In this document: piece after piece, positions 1-8,573 of the stretch | Numbering within the stretch: position 1 is the stretch's first letter | Layout: each line of letters begins with the position of its first letter | From: an uncultured Armatimonadetes bacterium | GTDB lineage: Bacteria; Armatimonadota; UBA5829; DTJY01 | DNA: 64,000 bases | Reading direction: 5' to 3' | Assembly: GCA_963717145.1 (NCBI GenBank) | Contig: OY970325.1 | Location: 4,416,001-4,480,000, forward strand | Notes under the pieces: model-generated | What the model was told of the DNA's origin: nothing | Seen by the model: the letters and a program-made list of their open reading frames with translations, nothing else | Databases searched by the model: none | Translations under genes and position numbers: made by a program

Positions 1-1
1 C

Positions 2-349
2 CGACCCTATGCCGGATGGAACGAACTGCTGATCGCCTGGTACGGTGACCGCGTAGCGAAGACGATGAGCGCTGACTTCTACATCAACCCCGATTGGTGG
101 GGTGCGACCGGCCCGATGCCGAACGCACGCTTGGACGCCGATAGCACCGGTACCAGGTACCGTAACATTGAGAGCTTCTCCGGGCTGTTCATGGGCAGCC
201 CCTCAACCTTCTCGACCAATGCCTGGGTTGATGACATTGTCTTCTCAGGCATACCCACAGCAATCCCTGAGCCGTCGAGCCTTCTGGCTCTCGGCACAGG
301 CGCGCTCGGCCTGATGGGCGTGATTCGTCGCAGGAAGCGTACTCGATAG
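2..349 (+). CDS. PEP-CTERM sorting-domain surface protein, 5'-truncated by window edge
   Basis: Frame is open from base 2 (RPYAGWNELLIAWYGD...) and colinear with the paralogue at 675-1619; ends IPEPSSLLALGTGALGLMGVIRRRKRTR (PEP + TM + basic tail). Confidence 0.9.
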   Translation, partial: RPYAGWNELLIAWYGDRVAKTMSADFYINPDWWGATGPMPNARLDADSTGTRYRNIESFSGLFMGSPSTFSTNAWVDDIVFSGIPTAIPEPSSLLALGTGALGLMGVIRRRKRTR

Positions 350-385
350 GCCTCCCACTGATTGAACAGAAACAGCAGCCGATGT

Positions 386-419
386 GAACCGCCGGGTTTT
401 CGAACCCGGCGGTTCTTTC
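386..419 (+). terminator. Intrinsic terminator after first PEP-CTERM gene
   Basis: GAACCGCCGGGTT-TTCG-AACCCGGCGGTTC followed by TTT; identical hairpin at 1657-1690. Confidence 0.8.
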
Positions 420-447
420 GTCTGCACCTGTCGCAAACCCCCTCGGC

Positions 448-524
448 CCAGAGGCGTCGAGAGACGCCGGAGGCCGTCCCGAGAGGGACGCAGAGGCCGG
501 TCCCCCTCCGCGTAAGGGGGACAT
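448..524. repeat. Cluster of short hairpin modules (GAGGC + GC stem-loop)
   Basis: GGCGTC-GAGA-GACGCC, GTCCC-GAGA-GGGAC and GTCCCCC..GGGGGAC; last module matches the 1719-1837 repeat. Confidence 0.6.
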
Positions 525-579
525 TCACCGTAGCGCTCATCGGGAACCTGGTATTTGTACCGGTCTTTCGCCATATGGA

Positions 580-608
580 TTGACAAGAAGCCGAACCGGG
601 TGTAGTAT
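580..608 (+). promoter_or_regulatory. Sigma70-type promoter of second PEP-CTERM gene
   Basis: TTGACA(580-585)-17 nt-TAGTAT(603-608). Confidence 0.65.
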
Positions 609-674
609 CAGAATGTAAGCGATCCACTTTATGCAAGTCTGATTGGACGACTCGAAACGGTTTGGGGTAGGAAG

Positions 675-1619
675 ATGAAGAAGCTGTTGGTTATGGCGGC
701 CGCAGCGGCCCTCGTCGTTGCGCTTGCGGTCCCGGCGTCCGCGCAGTACCTCGTTCCATGGTACCCCACATGGTCGGACAATTTCGATTGGGTTGTCCCT
801 GGCGGCAACATCGCCGGCAACAGAGGATGGGTCCAGTGTGGCGGTACCGTCAATGCCTCGCTGAGGGGCTCGTTGGCCCCGACTTCGGACGGCGTCTCAG
901 GGAACAAGGCAGCGCTTCAGCCTAGTGGCACACGTGCCGTCATGAAGAAGGATCTCAGGTATCTGAACTACAACAATAGCTCGTATTATTCTGGCATGGT
1001 GTCCGCTTGGATATATGATCCGTACCCCACAGATAGCAACGGCGTGTTGCTCACGAGCCAGGTAGACACCCGAGTCGGCGTGCTCTCCGACACTGGTGGT
1101 TGGGCTATCGCGGGTGATGGCGGATACATGACCTATGCCCTGGCCGCAGGTATCACGGATACCCGTGGTGCATACTGGACAACCTATGCCAGCAGCGGCT
1201 TCGTTGTGATGAACGGTGGAGGCACGGGCGGAATAAGCACCGTCACCGGTTACACGCTGACCACAGTAGGCCTTGATCCCGCTCCTCGCAGACCGTATGC
1301 GGGCTGGAACGAGATGTTGATCGCCTGGTACGGCGACCCCGTAGCAGGAACGATGAGCGCAGACATCTACATCAACATCGACTGGAACGACCCACGGCCG
1401 AACGCCAGGCTGGACGCCGGCTCCGGTGTGCCCAGGTACAACAACCTGAAGAGATTCGTCGGCCTGTACGTTGGCAGCGGCAATACCTTCGGGACCAACG
1501 CATGGGTTGATGATATTGCGTTCTACGCCCCATTTCCTGAGCCTTCGAGCATTGTGGCTCTCGGCACGGGCGTGCTCGGCCTGATGGGCTTGATTCTGCG
1601 CAGGAAGCATACCCGATAA
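675..1619 (+). CDS. PEP-CTERM sorting-domain surface protein
   Basis: Signal peptide MKKLLVMAAAAALVVALAVPASA; C-terminal FPEPSSIVALGTGVLGLMGLILRRKHTR. Confidence 0.92.
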   Translation: MKKLLVMAAAAALVVALAVPASAQYLVPWYPTWSDNFDWVVPGGNIAGNRGWVQCGGTVNASLRGSLAPTSDGVSGNKAALQPSGTRAVMKKDLRYLNYNNSSYYSGMVSAWIYDPYPTDSNGVLLTSQVDTRVGVLSDTGGWAIAGDGGYMTYALAAGITDTRGAYWTTYASSGFVVMNGGGTGGISTVTGYTLTTVGLDPAPRRPYAGWNEMLIAWYGDPVAGTMSADIYINIDWNDPRPNARLDAGSGVPRYNNLKRFVGLYVGSGNTFGTNAWVDDIAFYAPFPEPSSIVALGTGVLGLMGLILRRKHTR

Positions 1620-1656
1620 GTCGTCCCACCAAGGGAACAGAAACAGCAAGTACTGT

Positions 1657-1690
1657 GAACCGCCGGGTTTTCGAACCCGGCGGTTCTTTC
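1657..1690 (+). terminator. Intrinsic terminator after second PEP-CTERM gene
   Basis: Same 13-bp stem, TTCG loop and T tail as 386-419. Confidence 0.8.
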
Positions 1691-1718
1691 GTCTCGACCT
1701 CCCGGAAAACCCCCTCTG

Positions 1719-1837
1719 CCCAGAGGCCGGTCCCCCTTCGTAAGGGGGACATTATGGGAGCCCAGAGGCCGGATCCCCCTTCGTAAGGGGAACATCATGG
1801 ATGTCCAGAGGCCGGTCCCCCTTCGTAAGGGGGACAT
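1719..1837. repeat. Three tandem ~42-bp hairpin repeats
   Basis: CCAGAGGCCGG(A)TCCCCCTTCGTAAGGGG(G/A)ACAT three times. Confidence 0.85.
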
Positions 1838-1842
1838 CCAGG

Positions 1843-1868
1843 GTTTAGAGGTCTACGAGAACGGGAAT
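1843..1868 (+). promoter_or_regulatory. Putative SigB/SigF-type stress promoter
   Basis: GTTTAG-14 nt-GGGAAT upstream of KGG stress gene. Confidence 0.6.
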
Positions 1869-1902
1869 CGTAAACCGAGAACAGCATGAAGGAGGCGGTG
1901 CC

Positions 1903-2082
1903 ATGCGTAAGCGCGAGTCGAAGCCGATGACCGTCGGGGAGGCCGGCCGCAAGGGCGGAATGCGCACCTCTCGGACTCACGGACACGAATTCTATGAGCA
2001 GATCGGGCACAAGGGCGGGAAGAAGGGCGGTCCCAGGGTCAGAGATCTGATCGCTGCGGGCAAGAAGGCCCTCGATGAATGA
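1903..2082 (+). CDS. Small KGG-motif general stress protein (GsiB/Em-like), 59 aa, absent from ORF track
   Basis: AAGGAGG RBS; translates MRKRESKPMTVGEAGRKGGMRTSRTHGHEFYEQIGHKGGKKGGPRVRDLIAAGKKALDE; paralogue of 14355-16072 genes. Confidence 0.9.
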   Translation: MRKRESKPMTVGEAGRKGGMRTSRTHGHEFYEQIGHKGGKKGGPRVRDLIAAGKKALDE

Positions 2083-2092
2083 TGAGCAGCAA

Positions 2093-2210
2093 CCTTTGGA
2101 GTGCGATGGCTCGACATCGCTTTGACGAGCCGTGGCTCGACACGGCGGCTCCCCGGACGGCGTCAAGCCGCCGCAGAGCAAAGCGATGTCGAGCCATCGC
2201 ACTCCAAAGG
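2093..2210. repeat. REP-like palindrome, TTTGGAGTGCG family
   Basis: Perfect ~32-bp inverted arms CCTTTGGAGTGCGATGGCTCGACATCGCTTTG / CAAAGCGATGTCGAGCCATCGCACTCCAAAGG between convergent genes. Confidence 0.85.
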
Positions 2211-2218
2211 GGTTACGA

Positions 2219-3286
2219 TCATCCCACCACGCTTACCATCAGGTCATGCGCCCCGTCCGGGCGGGCCATCTCGTAGTAGTAGAAGATCCGTCCGTCCATC
2301 TGGACCGCATCCACATACCGAAGCGCTCCCGACGCGTGCGGTGACACGATCGCCGGACCGTCCGGAGTGATCCGGTCGAACGAGCGGAGGTCCGTGCTGA
2401 CCGCCAGCCCCGTCTTCTCCTCGTAGTTCCCCTCGACATTGGGCGTCCCATCGTAGAACGCGTTGAACACCGGCCCGGTGGCTGGGGAGGGAGTACAACT
2501 CCCTCCCCAACTACCCTCTTTCGTTGGGGAGGGAGTTGTACTCCCTCCCCAGCCACCGGTTGACAGGACAACCGCCGTGACGCGGCTCTCGTAGGCGTCC
2601 CAACCGGTCCCGACATCGAGCGCGCAGCCCTGCCACTGGAAGCTGAGGCCGTCGTTGCTCGTCGCAAGCCCGGTGTACGACTTCACGAGCCCGGTGTTGT
2701 AGGCGTCGGAGGTGCCATGCAGCTTCTCCGCGCCGGCCGAAGCTCCCTCCGGAGTGATCGCCGCGTATGAAATCAGCATGTGGTATGCGCGCCCGATCAG
2801 CACGACGTAGGGATCCTTGACCCCCTCCAGGCCGACCTCGCCTGCCGTGAGCACTGTCTGTCGGGTCGCCGGGTCGAAGCCACTTGGGGAGTCGGCCTCC
2901 ATCACGTCGATCCTCCAGCGGCTGTCGGCCGGATCGACATAGCTGACGTAGAGCCGCCAGATGCCCTCCGGCGACTTGAAGATGCTCGATCGCTCCATCG
3001 AAGTCGTCCCGAACTGGTCCTTCGTCGCCGACCAGATGTCGGTGAAGTGGATGCCGTCCTCGCTCTCCGCGATGCAGCACTTGAACCCGCGGTCGGGCTC
3101 GACGCCTCTCGGCTTCCGATAGCGGAAGTAGAGGTAGAACTTGCCCGTCGAATCGTCGTACGTCGCGCTGCACGCCCCGACCCAGTTGCCCGCGCCCGGC
3201 CCCGGAGCCTCCCTGACCACAACTCCGGTCGCCGGGTCAAAGATCGGCGCCGCCTTAGACCATTTTCTGCTCAATGAGTTATCCAT
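2219..3286 (-). CDS. Five-bladed beta-propeller glycoside hydrolase-like protein (GH43/32/130 clan) with in-frame palindrome insertion
   Basis: Repeated S.DG..F/W blade motifs, GVKDPYV motif; foreign segment GGWGGSTTPSPTKEGSWGGSCTPSPAT. Confidence 0.75.
   Translation of the reverse strand: MDNSLSRKWSKAAPIFDPATGVVVREAPGPGAGNWVGACSATYDDSTGKFYLYFRYRKPRGVEPDRGFKCCIAESEDGIHFTDIWSATKDQFGTTSMERSSIFKSPEGIWRLYVSYVDPADSRWRIDVMEADSPSGFDPATRQTVLTAGEVGLEGVKDPYVVLIGRAYHMLISYAAITPEGASAGAEKLHGTSDAYNTGLVKSYTGLATSNDGLSFQWQGCALDVGTGWDAYESRVTAVVLSTGGWGGSTTPSPTKEGSWGGSCTPSPATGPVFNAFYDGTPNVEGNYEEKTGLAVSTDLRSFDRITPDGPAIVSPHASGALRYVDAVQMDGRIFYYYEMARPDGAHDLMVSVVG
2475..2560. repeat. Palindromic element (GGGGAGGGAGT family) inserted in-frame in a CDS
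   Basis: 37-bp perfect arms 2475-2511 and 2523-2559; CCGGT direct repeat at 2475 and 2556, 81 bp apart. Confidence 0.9.
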
Positions 3287-3296
3287 CTCTTCTCCT

Positions 3297-5201
3297 CTAC
3301 TCCACTACCTTGAATGTCCGCGTCGCCGTCCGCGTGATGCCGTTCGACTTGGCGGTCACGACGATCTCCGGCGAATCCTTCGTGATGAAAACGAATCCGA
3401 CGAAGCAGCCGGTGCTCGTCATGTTCTCCGGGATGACGCGAGTTCCGTTGATCGTCACCTCCGCACCCGGAGTCGTCACTCCCCGCAGGTTGATGTGCGT
3501 CGGGCCCACTGGTGTGACCGAGCCGTCCGGCGGCGAAGTCTGCACGTAGAGCAGGGGTGACGCATCGAGCCCCTCGATCTCGTCCGCGATCGCCGCTCGC
3601 GTGTCGAAGAGCACCTGCGGATCGCGCGTGTGATCGTAGAACGACTGGACCACCCGGCGGCACAACTCGAGCGGACGTTGGCGCGGATCGAGCCAGCGCG
3701 CATCCTCGCCGATCCGGGTCTTCAGGTCACGCAGCCGGTTCTCGAGCGTCAGGAGGTACTCGTAGTCCTGCAGGCCGTCTCTCATCGCGCTCAGTCGAAT
3801 CGAGCCGAGGAATCCGGTGCGCCCCGGGTAGGCGACCTGCGAATCACCCGGCGGCAGGTTCCACTGGGTCGCTCCCTTCTCGGTATACGGGTCTTGGTCG
3901 GCCGCGAACCAGTTGAGCCCCCAGTGCAGGTAGCCGTCCAGCCCATACAGGTAGCTGATCCAGTGAAGCTCCCGCGCCTTGATCAGCGGCTGATCGAGGA
4001 ATCGGTTCGGATACCGCCCCTGAGGGTGGCAGCAGGTGTAGAACCAGACCTTCTCCCCCTGGCGCTTCAGCTCCTCGAAGTGCGGCCACCACAGGTTCAG
4101 ATGAGACAGCTTTGGGACGTAGATGTCGAGGTCGCCGAGGTCTTCGGTCTCGATCGCTTCGATCACCTCCACATCGGGAGCGACTTGACGCACACGCTCC
4201 AGGAGTTGGCGGTAAGACTTTTCGTGATAGATGAACGGCTCGTCGGCTAGGCTGGTCAGCACCCGTCCACGCCATCCGCGCTTCGCCACGACTTCCTGAA
4301 CCGCGGCCAGTCGTCCCATGTTGTCCTCGACCGCCTCGGTGCGGCTGTCAGGCTCGAGTTGACTCTTGGTGTGGCGACCGACGGCGGTGAACTGGACGGC
4401 CTGCAGCCCGGATTTGAAGACGACATCAGCGAACTTCTCGAAGAGCGATGTGTCCCACCGGTCCCCCTTACGCTCGATCAGCTCCCACCCGACGCGGACG
4501 TCGGTCTGGCGATGGCGTCGAACCAGTGCGCACATTCCCTCGAGGTGTTTCCAGTAGGCGTCTGTCCCCGGCTTCAGAGCCTCGAATCCGTGACCTGGGA
4601 AGTCCCACCACTGGATGACCCTCTGGTGGCGCTCCTCCGGCATGCGGAACGCACGCACGCGCACCGACATCGGCAGGCTGCACCGCCCGCCCGCGCCGGT
4701 GACCGTCAACTCGCCCCGGTACTCGCCCGGTTGAGCATCGGGGGGAATATCGACCTCGATCCACAGTGGCTGGGGGGAACCAGGCGCGACGGAGCGCTCC
4801 GAATCCTCCCAGAATGGATCCGGGATGCTGACCGGGGCGACCGCGACCAGTTCGTCTTTGGGGATCGTGGGTGAGTTGGCCGTAATCTCCATGTAACGCA
4901 CCCATTGGATCCGGACCGCGCGGGATGGAATGCTCGACTTGCCGTCCGAATGCCGGAGCGCCGAGACCCGCGCAGTCACTGTGTCAGGCGCATCAGCCGG
5001 AAGCAGGACGGCTTGCGCGCTGATCGTCTCGCCCGGCGCTCCATCCAGGCGCAATTCCTGACCGGCTGGAATCGCCGGCTGCGGGCTGAGTAGGACCTTC
5101 GCCAGTGGATGCGAGGGAATGAGTGTCATGGGTGCGCTCCAACAGGGTTGTATGAGGCCTACGGCGGCCATCAGCAGACAAATCCGAATCCTACATCTCA
5201 T
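3297..5201 (-). CDS. Secreted DUF4091-domain glycoside hydrolase (GH123-like)
   Basis: Signal peptide; DEP, WFYTCC.P, GYLHWG.N, PGD..VAYPG and SIRL..MRDGLQDYEYL motifs. Confidence 0.8.
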   Translation of the reverse strand: MRCRIRICLLMAAVGLIQPCWSAPMTLIPSHPLAKVLLSPQPAIPAGQELRLDGAPGETISAQAVLLPADAPDTVTARVSALRHSDGKSSIPSRAVRIQWVRYMEITANSPTIPKDELVAVAPVSIPDPFWEDSERSVAPGSPQPLWIEVDIPPDAQPGEYRGELTVTGAGGRCSLPMSVRVRAFRMPEERHQRVIQWWDFPGHGFEALKPGTDAYWKHLEGMCALVRRHRQTDVRVGWELIERKGDRWDTSLFEKFADVVFKSGLQAVQFTAVGRHTKSQLEPDSRTEAVEDNMGRLAAVQEVVAKRGWRGRVLTSLADEPFIYHEKSYRQLLERVRQVAPDVEVIEAIETEDLGDLDIYVPKLSHLNLWWPHFEELKRQGEKVWFYTCCHPQGRYPNRFLDQPLIKARELHWISYLYGLDGYLHWGLNWFAADQDPYTEKGATQWNLPPGDSQVAYPGRTGFLGSIRLSAMRDGLQDYEYLLTLENRLRDLKTRIGEDARWLDPRQRPLELCRRVVQSFYDHTRDPQVLFDTRAAIADEIEGLDASPLLYVQTSPPDGSVTPVGPTHINLRGVTTPGAEVTINGTRVIPENMTSTGCFVGFVFITKDSPEIVVTAKSNGITRTATRTFKVVE

Positions 5202-5318
5202 GTCCGTACCTCTGTGCTCTCAGCACAGCCGATTATACTCCGCCTGACGATGCGCGATCAACACCACATATCTGCGAGCAGGGCTGAGCGCCCTGGTTGG
5301 CGAAAGAAACAGAGGGAG

Positions 5319-6590
5319 ATGGAAATGCCTATCATCGCTGTTCTCATATTCCTTCTCGGGGGAACCGCCATGGCCCAGACGAATCCGCTCGACATGACGC
5401 CGGCGATGGCGGTCCGTGTCCAGCAGGACATCGACAAGTACCGCAAGGGCGAGGCCGTCGTCACCGTTCTCGACCGCAACGGCCGGCCGGTCGAAGGCGC
5501 GTCGATCGAGGCCCGGCAGGTCACCCACGACTTCCTCTTCGGCTGCAACATCTACATGTTCGACCATCTCGATTCGCCGGAGAAGAACGCCCGGTACAAG
5601 GAGCTGTTCAAGCGTGTAATGAACTACGCGACGCTCCCGTTCTACTGGCGGTGGACCGAGCCGGAGCAGGGGAAGCCGCAGTACGAGCGCAACCACACGA
5701 TCGCCCAGTGGTGCAGGGAGAACGGCATCACGACGAAGGGCCATCCGCTCGTCTGGGCGTGCCACGATGCGGGAGTCCCGCCCTGGCTTCCGAAGGACAA
5801 GCCGGAGGAGGTCTGGCGGCTCGTGGAGGAGCGCATCGGGGAGATCATCCCGCAGTTCAAGGGCGAGATCGGCATCTGGGACGTGGTGAACGAGTCGACC
5901 CACGGCGAGCGGTTCGGCGAGAAGTCGGTCGTCGACTTCACGGGCGAGCCGGTCAGATGGGCGAGGGAGGTCGGGTCGGATGCCTTTCTGATCGTGAACG
6001 AGTATGGCGTGATCGGCGACCGGAAGGGCCACGCGCCGTTCTACCGGCTTATCAAGCAGATGAAGGCGGATGGAGTGCCGCTCGATGCGATCGGCATCCA
6101 GACGCACATGCACGGCGGCCCGTGGTCGCTCGCGAGCATCATCGAGACGCTCGACTGGTATCAGCGGCTCGAACTCCCGATCCATCTCACCGAGGCGACT
6201 ATCCTCTCCGGCAAGGAGACCACGAATCCGGCGCAGGAGAAGCTCCAGGCGGCATACATCGAGCGGTTCTATCGGATATGTTTCAGCCATCGCGCGGTGA
6301 AGGCGATCACATGGTGGGACTTCTCGGATGCCGGCGCATGGCAGGGAGTCGCGGCGGGACTCGTGCGCAAGGATATGAGTCCGAAGCCGGCGTACCTGGT
6401 GCTCGACGATCTGATCAACAAGCAGTGGACGACCGTCTCGGAGGGCCGGACGAAGAGTGACGGCGTGTACGCATTCCGGGGCTTCGCGGGCGACTATGAC
6501 GTGACGGTGACCGCTCCCTCGGGCGAGACGTCCACCGTCCGCATCCACATCCCCGAGCGCGAGTCGGTGCAGTCGGAGATGAGGCTGTAG
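5319..6590 (+). CDS. Glycoside hydrolase family 10 (endo-1,4-beta-xylanase-like)
   Basis: KGHPLVW, WDVVNE (acid/base), DAIGIQ.H, IHLTE (nucleophile); signal peptide after ATG 5319/5325. Confidence 0.88.
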   Translation: MEMPIIAVLIFLLGGTAMAQTNPLDMTPAMAVRVQQDIDKYRKGEAVVTVLDRNGRPVEGASIEARQVTHDFLFGCNIYMFDHLDSPEKNARYKELFKRVMNYATLPFYWRWTEPEQGKPQYERNHTIAQWCRENGITTKGHPLVWACHDAGVPPWLPKDKPEEVWRLVEERIGEIIPQFKGEIGIWDVVNESTHGERFGEKSVVDFTGEPVRWAREVGSDAFLIVNEYGVIGDRKGHAPFYRLIKQMKADGVPLDAIGIQTHMHGGPWSLASIIETLDWYQRLELPIHLTEATILSGKETTNPAQEKLQAAYIERFYRICFSHRAVKAITWWDFSDAGAWQGVAAGLVRKDMSPKPAYLVLDDLINKQWTTVSEGRTKSDGVYAFRGFAGDYDVTVTAPSGETSTVRIHIPERESVQSEMRL

Positions 6591-6738
6591 GGGCGTGCCT
6601 TGTGCCGCCCGTAACCCGACCACCGTCAGTCCTGAGTGCGCCGGTGAATGACGGCGTGTAACGAAGGACGGCTCGGTGCATCAAGGCCGTCCTTCGTTAC
6701 ACGCCGTCATTCACCGGCGCACTCAGGACTGACGGTGG
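6587..6738. repeat. GTAG-REP half site followed by a 53-bp-arm perfect palindrome
   Basis: GTAGGGGCGTGCCTTGTGCCGCCC at 6587; arms 6620-6672 and 6686-6738 are exact reverse complements. Confidence 0.9.
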
Positions 6739-6773
6739 GGGCTCTGGTACTCCGGTCATGTTTCCCCGCGAAG

Positions 6774-6802
6774 TTGACACGGCTTCGGGAACCTGACATA
6801 AT
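6774..6802 (+). promoter_or_regulatory. Sigma70-type promoter of membrane-protein operon
   Basis: TTGACA-17 nt-CATAAT, 38 nt before ATG 6841. Confidence 0.7.
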
Positions 6803-6840
6803 ACCCGCACGTAATCGCTCTCGGGAGTTGCGACGTCCGT

Positions 6841-7314
6841 ATGCAGAAAGCGCATGAAATCCTCGAGGCCGGCTCGACGAAGAGTCATGCCGAACCGATC
6901 CTCACCTGGAAGGTGCATCTGCTCCGGGAGCAGCCCAGGAAGCTGCTTCTGGTGATACCCGTCGCCGCCATGAGCCTGGTCGCATCCCACGTCTTCTTCC
7001 ACACCTTCACCTTTGGCCTCATCGCCATGTTTCTCATCATGGCCTCGCTCGCCGAATACCTGTTTCCCATTCGGTTCGAGATCGACTCGCAGGGCGCATC
7101 GGCACGGACACTCACAGCGCGCACTCGGATCGAATGGAGCCGGGTGAAGAAGTATTACCTGGACGACCGAGGCATCAAGTTGAGCCCGCTCTCCAGACAG
7201 ACCCGCCTCGAAGCCTATCGAGGCGTCTACCTCATGTTCGGCGACCGCAGGGATGAGGTCATCGAGGCGGTGAAGGAGATCAGAGATGCTGTTCAGACGC
7301 GGCGCGCAGACTGA
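6841..7314 (+). CDS. Hypothetical membrane protein (2 TM + PH-like beta domain)
   Basis: Two hydrophobic helices then 'RIEWSRV..Y...RGIKLSP...RLEAYRGVYL'. Confidence 0.7.
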   Translation: MQKAHEILEAGSTKSHAEPILTWKVHLLREQPRKLLLVIPVAAMSLVASHVFFHTFTFGLIAMFLIMASLAEYLFPIRFEIDSQGASARTLTARTRIEWSRVKKYYLDDRGIKLSPLSRQTRLEAYRGVYLMFGDRRDEVIEAVKEIRDAVQTRRAD

Positions 7315-7600
7315 TCCGGAGGACTACGAGGACGACCAGCTCACTCGCGAGGAGCGCGATAAGTTGATAACCGAGCTTGCGCAGAAGGTCGTGGACAAAC
7401 GGATGGAGACGCCCGCGATCATGTTCCTCGAGATGCACAAGCCGGTGACGTTTCTCGCGAGCCAGTCAATGCTGGTGGCGAGCCCATTTCTCGTGCCGCT
7501 CTTCGGCGCGGAAGGCGTGCAGAAGTACTCCCGGCTGTTCGGATCGGTGGACAACGTGGAGCTTCTGATCGAGCGGATCGAGGAGCTTTCGGACAAGTAG
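7286..7600 (+). CDS. Conserved hypothetical protein
   Basis: AAGGAG RBS, overlaps previous gene; 'METPAIMFLEMHKP..FLASQ' motif. Confidence 0.75.
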   Translation: MLFRRGAQTDPEDYEDDQLTREERDKLITELAQKVVDKRMETPAIMFLEMHKPVTFLASQSMLVASPFLVPLFGAEGVQKYSRLFGSVDNVELLIERIEELSDK

Positions 7601-7610
7601 TGATGGAGGG

Positions 7611-7675
7611 CTGTAGGGGCGTGCCTTGTGCCGCCCGACATACGCTTGCCGGCGGCACAAGGCACGCCCCTACAG
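7611..7675. repeat. GTAG-type REP doublet
   Basis: CTGTAGGGGCGTGCCTTGTGCCGCC...GGCGGCACAAGGCACGCCCCTACAG. Confidence 0.9.
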
Positions 7676-7696
7676 CTCGTGACACTCGGGGGCACT

Positions 7697-8473
7697 GTGG
7701 AGCATGCGAACTGGCCCGTAGCGATCATGTTGGCGGTCTTCTGCTTCGTGATCCTGTACAAGATTCTGTCCGCCCGCCGGGGTAGGGACCTTTATATCCG
7801 CAAGATACCGGGGCTGAACGCCATCGACGAGGCGGTTGGCCGGGCCACCGAGATGGGCCGTCCGATCATGTTCACCCCGGGGTACGCGGTCTTGAGTCTG
7901 TCAACGCTGCAGGCGCTTTCGGTCCTGCGGCACGTGATGATCATTGCGGCGAAGTACCGGACGAGAGTGATCGTTCCAACCGCGGATTCGGTCGTCTACA
8001 CGATCGCCGAGGAGGTCAGCAAGGACGCCTGCGCCACGGCGGGCAGGCCGGAACAGCACCACCCGGAGGATATCAGGTTTCTCTCCGACGATCAGTTCGC
8101 ATATGCGGCGGGATGTGTGGGTATCCTGACCCGTGAGAAGATCGCGTCGAACTTCATGTTTGGCTCGTTCCAGGCGGAGGCGCTGATCCTGTCGGAGACA
8201 GGTCACAATGTCGGCGCGATGCAGGTCGCGAGTACGCCGGGTGTCATTCAGGTGCCGTTCTTCATCGCATCGTGCGATTACACGATGTTCGGCGATGAGT
8301 TCTATGCTGCGAGCGCATACCTGAGCCGGGAGCCGACGCTATTGGGGAGTCTCGTCGGCCAGGACTACGCGAAGTCGCTGCTGATGCTTATCATCATAGT
8401 TGGGATCATCACTGCTTCGGTGCTCGGCGCCGATCATCACGTGCTGAAATTGCTCGAGACAGGAATACCGTAG
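7697..8473 (+). CDS. DUF6754-like membrane protein, copy 1
   Basis: GTG start aligns with paralogue (VEHANW vs MEHANY); IPGLNAIDEAVGRATEMGRP and GDEFYAASAYLSREPTLLGSLVGQD motifs. Confidence 0.8.
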   Translation: MEHANWPVAIMLAVFCFVILYKILSARRGRDLYIRKIPGLNAIDEAVGRATEMGRPIMFTPGYAVLSLSTLQALSVLRHVMIIAAKYRTRVIVPTADSVVYTIAEEVSKDACATAGRPEQHHPEDIRFLSDDQFAYAAGCVGILTREKIASNFMFGSFQAEALILSETGHNVGAMQVASTPGVIQVPFFIASCDYTMFGDEFYAASAYLSREPTLLGSLVGQDYAKSLLMLIIIVGIITASVLGADHHVLKLLETGIP

Positions 8474-8561
8474 GGGCGGGCTTCTACGCCCGCCCGACAC
8501 TGTAGGGGCGATCCTTCCACGGTCGCCCGACAGGGGAGGCCGTTGAAGGCCTCCCCTACGG
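8468..8561. repeat. GTAG-type REP cluster (three units)
   Basis: GTAGGGGCGGGCTT..GCCCGCCC, GTAGGGGCGATCCTT..GGTCGCCC, GGGAGGCCGTTGAAGGCCTCCCCTAC. Confidence 0.85.
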
Positions 8562-8573
8562 ACTATAGTTGCC

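Noticed and set aside
1719-1837. Mini-CRISPR of palindromic repeats
   Set aside because: Linkers are only ~8-10 nt; no leader or cas genes.
5220-6623. Long antisense or alternate-frame ORFs (also 9314-10624, 39643-41034, 57627-58850, 59390-60784 in part)
   Set aside because: Expected in high-GC coding DNA; no motifs or RBS, and they overlap well-supported genes.
7628-7696. N-terminal extension of DUF6754 copy 1
   Set aside because: It is read-through of a REP; the paralogue alignment places the start at GTG 7697.
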